Source: Pirellulales bacterium
GTDB taxonomy: Bacteria > Planctomycetota > Planctomycetia > Pirellulales > UBA1268
Reading direction: 5' to 3'
Length of the DNA stretch: 34,699 bases
NCBI GenBank assembly: GCA_044346795.1
Contig: JBIIYN010000002.1
Coordinates: forward strand, 1-34,699
Below, one piece after another: positions 25,943-34,010 of the stretch. How positions within the stretch are numbered: position 1 is the first letter of the stretch; each line of letters starts with the position of its first letter. The notes below the pieces were generated by a model. That model did no database searches. It was not told the origin of the DNA and saw nothing but the letters and a program-made list of their open reading frames with translations. Position numbers and translations under genes: made by a program.

Positions 25943-26488
25943 CGCACTCGCGTCAGCCAGCACGAGCCTGCGGACGGACTGAAACTGCGGATGCTCGGCC
26001 GAGCGGCACCACTCGAAGAGGATGGCCTCCGTGGTGGTGAGGATGACGCCCGAAGACTCGAGCCGCCGCAGGGCGATCTCGTGGTCGAGCCGGTGACGGG
26101 AACTGACGGCATCGACGGCGATGAACACCGCGAGACCGCGGGCGAGCAGGTCGAGCGCGGTCTGCGCGATGCAGACGTGGGTTTCGAGGCCGCAGAGCAC
26201 GACTGCCTCGACATCGGCGGCGAGCGAGCGGGCGAAAGCGTCGCTGCCGCAGCAACTGAAGGACATCTTCGTCACGGCCGGCGGCAGCTTCACGGCGAGC
26301 GCGGGCGGCGTGGGCCCGAGGCCCTTTGGGTACTGCTCCGTGAGCACGATGCAGACGCCCAGCAGTGTGGCCGCGTCGGCGAGCCGGGCGGCCCGGGCCA
26401 CCACGTGGGGGCCGTCGGGCATCGCGGGCAAGAGCCGCTCCTGGATGTCGACGACACACAGGAGAGAGGTATGGGGATCGAGTCGCAT
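25934..26488 (-). CDS. Isochorismatase-family hydrolase, 184 aa
   Basis: From ORF 25934..26638, trimmed to ATG 26488 (GAGGA 4 nt upstream). Matches: SLLCVVDIQERLL, EQYPKGLG, and VLCGLETHVCIAQTALDLL. Its stop (25934-25936) overlaps the 3' end of the convergent FtsQ-like gene by 9 bp. Confidence 0.85.
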   Translation of the reverse strand: MRLDPHTSLLCVVDIQERLLPAMPDGPHVVARAARLADAATLLGVCIVLTEQYPKGLGPTPPALAVKLPPAVTKMSFSCCGSDAFARSLAADVEAVVLCGLETHVCIAQTALDLLARGLAVFIAVDAVSSRHRLDHEIALRRLESSGVILTTTEAILFEWCRSAEHPQFQSVRRLVLADASASG

Positions 26489-26511
26489 GGAATCCTCGTG
26501 AGGGGGTGGCA

Positions 26512-27018
26512 TCATAGATCGGCCAGCGTGAACGCGCCACGCGGCGTGAAGCGGAAGGTGCGGCCGGTCTCCGAGTCGATTCGGATGTCGATGTCGAGCC
26601 GGTCGGCGGGCAGGGCCCGGGCCATCCGCTGCGGCCATTCGACGAACACCCAGGCGGGGCCGGCGGTGGCGTCCTCCCAGCCGATCTCCTCGAGATCACC
26701 GGCGTTGGCGAGGCGGTAGAGATCGGCGTGCACGAGCCGCGCGGGGCGGGCATCGGCCGGCCGGCGGCCGCCGGGCAGCGCGTGCACGTGGATCAGGCCG
26801 AACGTCGGGCTCACCACCTCGTCGGGGTCGATGCCCGCCGCGGCGGCCACCGCCTTCACGAACGTGGTCTTCCCGGCGCCGAGATCCCCCTCGAGCGTCA
26901 CGAAGGCCCGGGCGGGAAGGACGCCCGCGAGCCGCCGTGCGAGCGGCGCGAGGGCCGCCTCGCCCGGGATCTCCACCGCCACGCTCCGTGGCGGGCCGTA
27001 CTCAGCCGTCGAATGCAT
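26512..27018 (-). CDS. tsaE: tRNA threonylcarbamoyladenosine biosynthesis ATPase TsaE, 168 aa
   Basis: Matches: VTLEGDLGAGKTTFVKAV, SPTFGLIHVH, and VHADLYRL. It overlaps the thiL 3' end by 17 nt. Confidence 0.9.
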   Translation of the reverse strand: MHSTAEYGPPRSVAVEIPGEAALAPLARRLAGVLPARAFVTLEGDLGAGKTTFVKAVAAAAGIDPDEVVSPTFGLIHVHALPGGRRPADARPARLVHADLYRLANAGDLEEIGWEDATAGPAWVFVEWPQRMARALPADRLDIDIRIDSETGRTFRFTPRGAFTLADL

Positions 27019-27943
27019 GGACGTAGCCCTTCGGTTCGAGCGGCCTTCGTCCGCCGTCGGTGTCTGCGGCGACGAGTCCCGGCTCCGCCGTCAACTCGCC
27101 GATGATCGTCAGCGGCAGGTCGAACGGTGCCAGGGCCCCCTCCGCCACGAGGGCCCTGGCGGCGTCGGGCGGCAGGGCGAGGAGCAGTTCGAAATCCTCG
27201 CCGTCGGAGAGGGCATGGTCGAGCGGGCTTTTGCCGTCGCCCGGGAGCTGGCTCATCCGCCGGGCATCGGCGTGGATCGGCACCTCCGCCAGCCGGAGGA
27301 CGGCGCCCGTCCCGCTGGCCTGCACGAGCCGCGAGAGGTCGAGCGAGAGGCCGTCGCTGATGTCGATGGCGGCGTGCACGGGGAACCGTTCGGCGATCGT
27401 CAGGGCCTCACGGCAGCGGGGCTGGACGGCGAGATGACGGCCCAGGAGGCTGCCGCCACAGGCTCCCGTGACCACGAGCAGGTCGCCCGGCCGGCCGCCA
27501 TCGCGTCGCCAGGCACGGCCCGGCGGCACGCTGCCGATCGCCGTCACGCTGACGACCAGCGGGCCGTCCCACGAATTGGTGTCTCCGCCGGCCAGCGTGC
27601 AGCCATGGGCGACCGTGATCGCCTGGATGCCGTCGAGCAGGCCGTGGGCGATGACGTCGCCGCCGGCCCGCGGCAGGCAGACGGCCACGAACACCGCCTC
27701 GGGCCGCGAGCCCATCGCCGCCAAGTCGCTCAAGCTCACGGCCACCGCCTTGTGGCCGACCGCCCGCGGCGGGCAGTCGGGGCCGAGGAGAAAATCGACG
27801 CCTTCGGTGAGCATGTCGACCGTGACGACGGTGTGGCGCATGGCGGGCGGCCGCAGCACGGCGGCGTCATCGCCCGGGGGCACCTCCACCCGTGGGTCGG
27901 ACGGAATGCGGTCGAGCAGCCAGGTGACGAATGCGGTTTCCAC
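27002..27943 (-). CDS. thiL: Thiamine-monophosphate kinase ThiL, 313 aa
   Basis: From ORF 27002..28510. The only start codon downstream of the preceding gene's stop (27999) is GTG 27943 (VETAFVTWLL). Matches: PPGDDAAVL, VDMLTEGVDF, HKAVAVSLSDLAAMG, LAGGDT, and AIDISDGLSLDL. Confidence 0.85.
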   Translation of the reverse strand: METAFVTWLLDRIPSDPRVEVPPGDDAAVLRPPAMRHTVVTVDMLTEGVDFLLGPDCPPRAVGHKAVAVSLSDLAAMGSRPEAVFVAVCLPRAGGDVIAHGLLDGIQAITVAHGCTLAGGDTNSWDGPLVVSVTAIGSVPPGRAWRRDGGRPGDLLVVTGACGGSLLGRHLAVQPRCREALTIAERFPVHAAIDISDGLSLDLSRLVQASGTGAVLRLAEVPIHADARRMSQLPGDGKSPLDHALSDGEDFELLLALPPDAARALVAEGALAPFDLPLTIIGELTAEPGLVAADTDGGRRPLEPKGYVHAFDG

Positions 27944-27998
27944 GCCGGGTATTCTATGCGGCCATGGGAAACCGCCACGGCCTTTTCTAGCCGCTCGG

Positions 27999-28484
27999 TC
28001 ACAGTGCCAGGCTCGCGTAGGCGAGCAGGGCGGCCGCCACGACGATCGCGGCCTCACGCCCGGTTTCCCTGCGGCTCCACGGGCGGGCCATGAGCGCGAA
28101 GGCCAGGATCCCGGTGGCGACCACCAATTCCACGGCGAGCACGCGGGCGGTCGCCTGCTGCAAGACGCGGATGACCATGAACGCGGCGATGACGGCGCCG
28201 CCGCCAAGCCATCCCGCCCGGGGCGACTGCCGGGCTGCAACCAGGGCAGCGCAGGCCGCCAGATGCATCGTGAAGGGGAAGAACAGCTCGCGATTCCCCG
28301 TAGCCATCGTGGCGGCCAGCCAGACGAGCGAGGCGGTGACGAGCAGGAGCGATTCGAGGCCGATGCCACCGGAGACCTGGGCGAGAATGGCGACGACACC
28401 CACCATGGTCCACGGCGGACCACCGAACACGTGCGTCGCCGCCAGGAAGGCGAGTTCGATGAAGAGCACGGCGAGGCTGGCCAT
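27999..28484 (-). CDS. Hypothetical integral membrane protein (about 5 TM segments), 161 aa
   Basis: The sequence is strongly hydrophobic and helical (MASLAVLFIELAFLAATHVF..., VGVVAILAQVSGGIGLESLLLVTASLVWLAAT..., AVIAAFMVIRVL..., LVVATGILAFALMA..., AAIVVAAALLAYASLAL). It fits the 32-nt and 55-nt gaps between HtrA and thiL on the same strand. I recognise no family. Confidence 0.55.
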   Translation of the reverse strand: MASLAVLFIELAFLAATHVFGGPPWTMVGVVAILAQVSGGIGLESLLLVTASLVWLAATMATGNRELFFPFTMHLAACAALVAARQSPRAGWLGGGAVIAAFMVIRVLQQATARVLAVELVVATGILAFALMARPWSRRETGREAAIVVAAALLAYASLAL

Positions 28485-28516
28485 CGACGCACCCCGCCAG
28501 TGGCCGCCACCCCTCG

Positions 28517-29833
28517 TCAGCGGCGGACCGTCTCCGAGACGAGGTGACCGAAGAGCGTTTCGCGGCCGCGGAGCACGTAGAACTTGATCGGGTTCAAGTG
28601 CTCCTCCTCGGCCTTGTCGAGAATGTAGGAGATGTTGTCGGGAGCGATCGTCTCCCAGACGTGCAGGCCGACCAGGATGTCGCCCTTGCGGATGCCCTGC
28701 TCGTCGGCCGGACCGCCCGGGCGAACCTCGCTCACGAGCAGGCCGCCGCGATACCGCGACTGCAGCCGTTGCACCTTAGCGGCCGGCATCGCCTCGACCC
28801 GCAGGCCGATGTCGGCCCAGCATCGCTCGTCGATCGGCAGCGTGTCGCGGCGGGCCGCCGCCAACGACAAGTCGAGTTTCTCTTCGCCTCCGGCCCGCAT
28901 CACCGTCACCGACACGCACTCCCCCGCCCGCCGGCCGAGCAGGCCGCGCTCGATGTCGAGTGGACGGGCCACGGGTAACTCGCCGATCTGCGTGATCACG
29001 TCGCCCGCCCTCACGCCCACGCTTTCGGCCGGGCTCTGGCGGTGCACCGCCTCGACGATCACGCCTCGCGGGCCGTCGTTGCGGGCCACGATCCCGTGCC
29101 AGGTGCGATCAACCCGCTCGACGGAGAGCAGGGCGGCGATTACGTCGAGCACCTTGTCCACCGGGATCGCGAAGCCGATGCCCTGGGCTCCCGCGCGGAC
29201 GGCCACGTTGATGCCGATCATCTCGCCGTTGATGTTGAGCAGCGGGCCGCCGGAATTGCCGGGGTTGATGCTGGCGTCGGTCTGGATGAGGTCGTCATAC
29301 CGCTGCGTGCGGCTGACCTCGACGTCGCGATGCAGCGCGGAAACGATGCCGCGGGTGACCGTGTGCTCGTAGCCGTAGGCATTGCCGAGGGCCAGCACCG
29401 TTTCGCCGATCATGAGGTCCGACGAGGTGCCGATCGTGATCACGGGCAGCGGCCGGTCGTGCTCGACCTTGATGACCGCGAGATCGGTCCGCGGATCGTG
29501 GGAGACGAGCGAGGCCGACGTGGTCTTGCCGGAGGCGAGCGTGACTTCGATCCGCCGCACGCCCTCGACGACGTGGTAGTTGGTGACCACGTAGCCCCGG
29601 GAGTCGATGACCACCCCGGTGCCCATGCCGTTCACCCGCTTGAGTTCGCCCGTCGCCTCGTCGTCGGGATTGGGCACGAACTTCTGCCCGTGAATGTTGA
29701 CCACGCTGTCGCGGCTCGATTCGATCGCCTTCACGATCGCCGTCCGGCGTCCCTCCACGGCGACAGCCGTCCCCGCGGTCGCGAACAGACACAGCAGAGC
29801 GGCGGCCGGAAGGACGGTCGACGAACAGCGCAT
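28517..29833 (-). CDS. HtrA/DegP-family periplasmic serine protease with two PDZ domains, 438 aa
   Basis: From ORF 28517..30061, trimmed to ATG 29833, which gives the signal MRCSSTVLPAAALLCLFATAGTAVA. The catalytic triad contexts are TNYHVVEG, DLAVIKV and TDASINPGNSGGPLLN. Two PDZ-like blocks are present (RGVIVEAVHRQSPAESVGVRAGDVI and GGLLVSEVRPGGPADEQGIRKGDIL). Confidence 0.9.
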   Translation of the reverse strand: MRCSSTVLPAAALLCLFATAGTAVAVEGRRTAIVKAIESSRDSVVNIHGQKFVPNPDDEATGELKRVNGMGTGVVIDSRGYVVTNYHVVEGVRRIEVTLASGKTTSASLVSHDPRTDLAVIKVEHDRPLPVITIGTSSDLMIGETVLALGNAYGYEHTVTRGIVSALHRDVEVSRTQRYDDLIQTDASINPGNSGGPLLNINGEMIGINVAVRAGAQGIGFAIPVDKVLDVIAALLSVERVDRTWHGIVARNDGPRGVIVEAVHRQSPAESVGVRAGDVITQIGELPVARPLDIERGLLGRRAGECVSVTVMRAGGEEKLDLSLAAARRDTLPIDERCWADIGLRVEAMPAAKVQRLQSRYRGGLLVSEVRPGGPADEQGIRKGDILVGLHVWETIAPDNISYILDKAEEEHLNPIKFYVLRGRETLFGHLVSETVRR

Positions 29834-29965
29834 CAAGCCAGACTCCCCAAGTCCCCTGCCCATGTATGCCGCAGATCGACCCGGGCGGGCATCTCGTGAG
29901 CCCGATCGGGTGCAAGTCCTCTGCACACCTGTGGATCGGACGGCCATGGCGGCCGGTCCACCGCG

Positions 29966-29981
29966 TGGCACGCAGGCCGCA
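29966..29981 (+). promoter_or_regulatory. Sigma54-type -24/-12 promoter-like motif TGGCACG-N4-CCGCA
   Basis: TGGCACGCAGGCCGCA matches the consensus TGGCACG-N4-TTGCW at 14/16 positions, with correct GG-N10-GC spacing. It is intergenic and points at the hairpin plus T-tract at 30081-30105. About one such match per window is expected by chance. Confidence 0.3.
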
Positions 29982-30080
29982 CAGCTTTCCCAGGCGGCTG
30001 CCCGAGAGCACGGGACACGCCAGTGGCGGCCAATCGTGCGGCCCGGAGGAGAATTACTCACGCCGGCGGGAAGGCGTCAG

Positions 30081-30105
30081 AGACCCCTTTTAGGAGGGGT
30101 TTTTT
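30081..30105 (+). terminator. Intrinsic-terminator-like hairpin ACCCCT-tttagg-AGGGGT followed by T5-6 (plus-strand orientation)
   Basis: The stem is 30083-30088 with 30095-30100, extendable with A81-T102 and G82.T101. TTTTTT is at 30100-30105. The hairpin spans the TAA stop (30090-30092) of the minus-strand gene. On the minus-strand RNA the hairpin is followed by CUCUGAC, with no U-tract. Confidence 0.4.
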
Positions 30106-31295
30106 GGAGGGCCGGGCCGGTTCCCGCCCACGAGCAGCGGCAGGATCTGCAACGCCAGAAAGAGCCCCAGCACGGCGAGCACGACCTGCGGCCAGATGCC
30201 GGCGACCCGTTCGCCCCATCCCCAGCCCGCCTCGCGGGCGATGCCACCAACGAGGGTCGCCAGAACGAGCACGAAGAGCGCCGCCAGCACGAGCCCGCAG
30301 CCGAGCGAGGCCATGGTGCCGCGGAACGTGCCGAGTTCGGAAAACTCCTCCTGGTGGAGGTCGATCGCCCGTCCCTTGGCAAGGCTGCGAGGCACGGTCT
30401 CGGCCAGTTCGATGGCCCGGGCCGCGTCGGACCAGACCGCCGGGGCGACCGCCGTGGGCTCGAGCCGGTCTCCCAGAACATCGAGCATCACTCCGGCCCG
30501 ATCGAAGGCCAGCGTCTCGGTGCCGTCTTCGGTCCAGGTCCAGGCCGCCGCTTCGTCGCGGTCGGACGGTGGCACGGCGGCATCCGGGATGTCGACGGCC
30601 AGGGAGCTCTGGGACCCGACCAGCGCGATCCGCAGGCCCGGCCGGTCACCGCGGACCACCTGCCAGCGCACGGGAATCTGGGTTGGCCCGGTAAAACCCA
30701 CGGCCAGCGTGCTCCAGGCCGCTTGCGTATCGGCGGCACCGAGCGTCGAGAGCCGGGAAGGATCGCCCGCGAGCACGCGCACGAGATCGGCGTCGACGGC
30801 GACCGCCTGGAGCACCGCGTCCCGCGACCGGTCGGCCAGCCGCCGTTCCATCGTGATCGTTTCGATGGTGCCCAGCTGGCTTGCGCCGGCGAGCGCCGCC
30901 TCGATCCGCTCCTGCAGCCGCCGGATGAACGGATGCAGCCGGTCGGGCAGGAAGGGGATCAGCCGCGCGGCCGAATCGCCGCGGATCATGTCGAGTTCGT
31001 ACGCCCACAGCATCGACAGCGTGAGCGGATGCGACAGGAGCAGCGTGCGGCCCGCCTGCACGAGCGCCCGCACCCCGTCGGCCCGGGACTCGTTCCAGCC
31101 GTCGCGGCCCACGAGCACCGCATCGCAGACCCGCGGATCGAGCAGGCTCTGCCAGGACGGGTCGCGGGGCACGTCGGCGGCCACGGCGGCCGCCGCCGGC
31201 AGATCGCAGGCGATCGCGATCGTGTCGCCCCGCGCGGCGGCGGCCGCCGCCACTTCCGCGATCCGGGCATCGATGCCGAGCAGTCCGAGCTTCAT
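30090..31295 (-). CDS. Gfo/Idh/MocA-like protein with a degenerate dinucleotide-binding motif and a C-terminal double TM anchor, 401 aa
   Basis: From ORF 30090..31475, trimmed to ATG 31295. The N-terminus reads MKLGLLGIDARIAEVAAAAAARGDTIAIACD...DAVLVGRDGW...ALVQAGRTLLLSHP, which is Rossmann-like but has GLLGID in place of GxGxxG. The C-terminus has two hydrophobic helices (LGCGLVLAALFVLVLATLVGGI and IWPQVVLAVLGLFLALQILPLLVG). Confidence 0.6.
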   Translation of the reverse strand: MKLGLLGIDARIAEVAAAAAARGDTIAIACDLPAAAAVAADVPRDPSWQSLLDPRVCDAVLVGRDGWNESRADGVRALVQAGRTLLLSHPLTLSMLWAYELDMIRGDSAARLIPFLPDRLHPFIRRLQERIEAALAGASQLGTIETITMERRLADRSRDAVLQAVAVDADLVRVLAGDPSRLSTLGAADTQAAWSTLAVGFTGPTQIPVRWQVVRGDRPGLRIALVGSQSSLAVDIPDAAVPPSDRDEAAAWTWTEDGTETLAFDRAGVMLDVLGDRLEPTAVAPAVWSDAARAIELAETVPRSLAKGRAIDLHQEEFSELGTFRGTMASLGCGLVLAALFVLVLATLVGGIAREAGWGWGERVAGIWPQVVLAVLGLFLALQILPLLVGGNRPGPPKNPS

Positions 31296-31374
31296 CCCGT
31301 CATTGTTTCCCGCCGGGCCGCATCCGACCAGCCCGGGCCTGTGCAGCCGGGGCCCCGTGGGGTATAGGAGTGGC

Positions 31375-32613
31375 ATGCAGGCAGAAGTGATCGCGATCGG
31401 CGACGAGCTCACCACCGGCCAGAGGCTCGACACCAACAGCCAGTGGATCTCCACCGAGCTGGGCCTGCTCGGCATCCCGGTGACCTTTCACACCACCGTC
31501 TGCGATACGCTCGAAGCGGGCATCGAGGCCTTTCGCCAGGCGGCGCGGCGGTGCGACCTGGTGGTGGCGACCGGCGGGCTGGGGCCCACGGCCGACGATC
31601 TCACGCGGGACGTGCTCGCGGCGGTCGCCGGCCAGCCGCTCGAACTCTCGGAGCCGGCGCTCGTGGCCGTGGAGTCGCGGTTTGCGCGGCGCGGCGTGGC
31701 GATGCCCGACAGCAACCGCCGGCAGGCGCTGTTTCCCCGCGGCAGCCGCATCATTCCCAATCCCGACGGCACGGCCCCCGGCATCGACATCGACCTGCCG
31801 CGGCCGGACGGCCGCACGAGCCGCGTGATCGCGCTGCCGGGCGTGCCGGCCGAGATGAAGTCGATGTGGGCCGGCACCGTCGCCGGGGCGCTCGCGGCGA
31901 TGCTGCCCGACGCGGGGGTTTTCGTGCACCGGCGGATCAAGTGCTTCGGGGCGGGGGAAAGCGCGATCGAGGCGATGCTGCCCGACATGATCAGCCGCGG
32001 CCGCGATCCGCTCGTCGGCATCACGGCGCACGAGGCCACGATCACGCTGCGGATCGTGGCCCGCGGCCGCGACGAGGCGGAATGCCTGGCAAAGATCGCG
32101 CCCACCGAGCGGACGATCCGGGAGTGCCTGGGCGGACATGTCTACGGCGTGGAGGACGACGAGGTGGAGGACGCCGCCGTGCGGGCGCTCGTGGCCGCGA
32201 ACGCTACCCTCGGCACGATCGAGATCGGCACCGCCGGCCGGGTGGCCGCATGCCTCGCGCAGGCGGAGGCCCGCAGGCTGGAGGCGCGCCGGGCGGCGCA
32301 TGCCTTCCGCGGTGGCATGGTATTGCCGGCGGCCACGGCCCAGGGGCCCGATCCCGCCACGGAAGCGGGCCTCGAGGCTCTCGCCGAGCGGGCGCGGGCC
32401 GCATTTTCCGCCACCGTCGGACTCGCGGTCGGTCCGTCCCGTCCGGGGCCCGAGGGCCGCAGCGTGCTGGCGATCGGCCTGGCGATCGGGGAGCACGTGG
32501 AAGTCGTCGAGCATATGCTGGGGGGCGGTCCCACGCTGGCCCTCTCGCGGGCCGCGAAGACCGCCGTCGACCTGGTGCGACGGACGCTCGCCGTCCGGAA
32601 TCCTCGCGCATGA
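31375..32613 (+). CDS. cinA: CinA-family protein (MoCF-biosynthesis-like N-domain plus C-terminal CinA/PncC-type domain), 412 aa
   Basis: ATG 31375 lies 4 nt after AGGAG. Matches: MQAEVIAIGDELTTGQRLDTNSQWIS, DLVVATGGLGPTADDLTRDV, NRRQALFPRGSRIIPNPDGTAPG, and LPGVPAEMK. Confidence 0.9.
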   Translation: MQAEVIAIGDELTTGQRLDTNSQWISTELGLLGIPVTFHTTVCDTLEAGIEAFRQAARRCDLVVATGGLGPTADDLTRDVLAAVAGQPLELSEPALVAVESRFARRGVAMPDSNRRQALFPRGSRIIPNPDGTAPGIDIDLPRPDGRTSRVIALPGVPAEMKSMWAGTVAGALAAMLPDAGVFVHRRIKCFGAGESAIEAMLPDMISRGRDPLVGITAHEATITLRIVARGRDEAECLAKIAPTERTIRECLGGHVYGVEDDEVEDAAVRALVAANATLGTIEIGTAGRVAACLAQAEARRLEARRAAHAFRGGMVLPAATAQGPDPATEAGLEALAERARAAFSATVGLAVGPSRPGPEGRSVLAIGLAIGEHVEVVEHMLGGGPTLALSRAAKTAVDLVRRTLAVRNPRA

Positions 32614-33749
32614 CTGCCCGTATCGAATCCGACCTGTCGCACGAGCCGCGGGGTGCCGCCACCTGGCGTACGCTCGTCCTGTTTTCCGGCCTCGTGATGC
32701 TCGTGGGGCTGATCGTCTGGCCGTCGCTGGCCGGCCGGGTGCAGTATGCGAAGACGCGGGCCGAACTCGCCGCGATCCGCGATGCGGCCAAGGGGGCGGA
32801 ACTCAGGTCGGTGGGGAAGCTGTTCACGACGCTCGCGCGGGTCATCGGCCCGGCGGTGGTGAACGTGACGGCCAAGAAGCGGGTGCACATGCTCGTCGAC
32901 GAGATCGCCAGCCTGCGGGGCGAGCAGCCCGCCAACGCCACGGACGAAGCGGTGGGCTCGGGACTGATCGTCGAAGCGGACGGCGTGATCCTCACCAACT
33001 ACCACGTCGTGGCCAGAAGCGACGACATAGACGTGGCGCTGGCGGACGGCCGCCGCTTCGAGGCGGATCTCGTGGGCGCCGACGCGGCCACCGATCTGGC
33101 GGTGCTGCGGATCGACGCCAAGGACCTGCCGAAGGCCGAGTGGGCCGACAGTGACACCGCCGAGGTCGGCGAGATGGTGTGGGCGATCGGCAACCCATTC
33201 GGACTCGACCGGACGATCACCTACGGCATCGTCAGCGCCGTCGGCCGCCGTGGGGTCGTGGACAATCCCTTCCAGGAATTCCTGCAGACCGACGCCTCGA
33301 TCAACCCGGGCAATTCCGGCGGCCCGCTCGTGGACGTGCACGGCCACGTGATGGGGATCACGACGGCGATCGTGGGCAAGGGATTCCGCGGCATCGGCTT
33401 CGCGATTCCGAGCAACACCGCCCGGCGGGTCTGCGACGAGATCCGCACGACGGGCCACGTGGAACGTGGCTACCTGGGCATGGCGCTGCGGGAACTGCCG
33501 CCCGGCTTCCCGGGTGGCCCCGGGGCCGCCGTGGCCGCCGTCGAGCCGAAGTCGCCGGCGGACGAGGCGGGGGTGAGGCCGGGCGACGTCGTGCTCACCT
33601 TCGACGGCGAGGAGATCACCGAACCGGCCGCGCTCGTGCTCCTCCTCACGCGGGCGCCCGTCGGCGCCGAGGTGCCGATGGAGATCGTCCGCGACGGCAA
33701 GCAGGAGACGATCTCCGTGCGGGTCGGCCGCCGGCCGCACGAGAAGTAG
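32610..33749 (+). CDS. Membrane-anchored HtrA/DegS-like serine protease with one PDZ domain, 379 aa
   Basis: The start ATG 32610 overlaps the cinA stop (ATGA). The TM anchor is WRTLVLFSGLVMLVGLIVWPSL. The triad contexts are TNYHVVA, DLAVLRI and TDASINPGNSGGPLVD. The PDZ block is AAVAAVEPKSPADEAGVRPGDVVL. Confidence 0.9.
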   Translation: MTARIESDLSHEPRGAATWRTLVLFSGLVMLVGLIVWPSLAGRVQYAKTRAELAAIRDAAKGAELRSVGKLFTTLARVIGPAVVNVTAKKRVHMLVDEIASLRGEQPANATDEAVGSGLIVEADGVILTNYHVVARSDDIDVALADGRRFEADLVGADAATDLAVLRIDAKDLPKAEWADSDTAEVGEMVWAIGNPFGLDRTITYGIVSAVGRRGVVDNPFQEFLQTDASINPGNSGGPLVDVHGHVMGITTAIVGKGFRGIGFAIPSNTARRVCDEIRTTGHVERGYLGMALRELPPGFPGGPGAAVAAVEPKSPADEAGVRPGDVVLTFDGEEITEPAALVLLLTRAPVGAEVPMEIVRDGKQETISVRVGRRPHEK

Positions 33750-33774
33750 ACGGGACCGACTGCATGTGTTGATA

Positions 33775-33798
33775 CCGACCGCATTGGTTCGCGGTCGG
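33775..33798 (+). terminator. Perfect 8-bp GC-rich hairpin CCGACCGC-attggttc-GCGGTCGG, 26 nt after the HtrA stop
   Basis: Seen directly. There is no U-tract (GGGCACG follows), so it would be an I-shaped terminator or stabiliser at best. Confidence 0.35.
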
Positions 33799-34010
33799 GG
33801 GCACGTGCTCGCCGCCGGCGGACTTTGCTACAGGAGGCTCTCGGGTGATGGTGGATCGCTCGTGAGGCGCAAAGTTCACCGGCGGCTGCGCGCGACCCCC
33901 GACCGCTCCTCAGCATCGGGGAACTACGTTCTCGGCACCGCGTCGTTCTCCTGTGACGCTGTTTGCGGGGGCTTCTACGCAGCCAAGCCGGCCCAGTTTT
34001 CAGACAGAAC

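Noticed and set aside
29866-30093. A 75-aa + strand ORF in the HtrA upstream spacer, ending in the terminator loop.
   Set aside because: Its basic R/P/G-rich composition (…RPWRPVHRVARRPHSFPRRLPE…) is typical of a non-coding GC-rich frame, and it has no SD sequence. I treat the region as a possible non-coding RNA instead.
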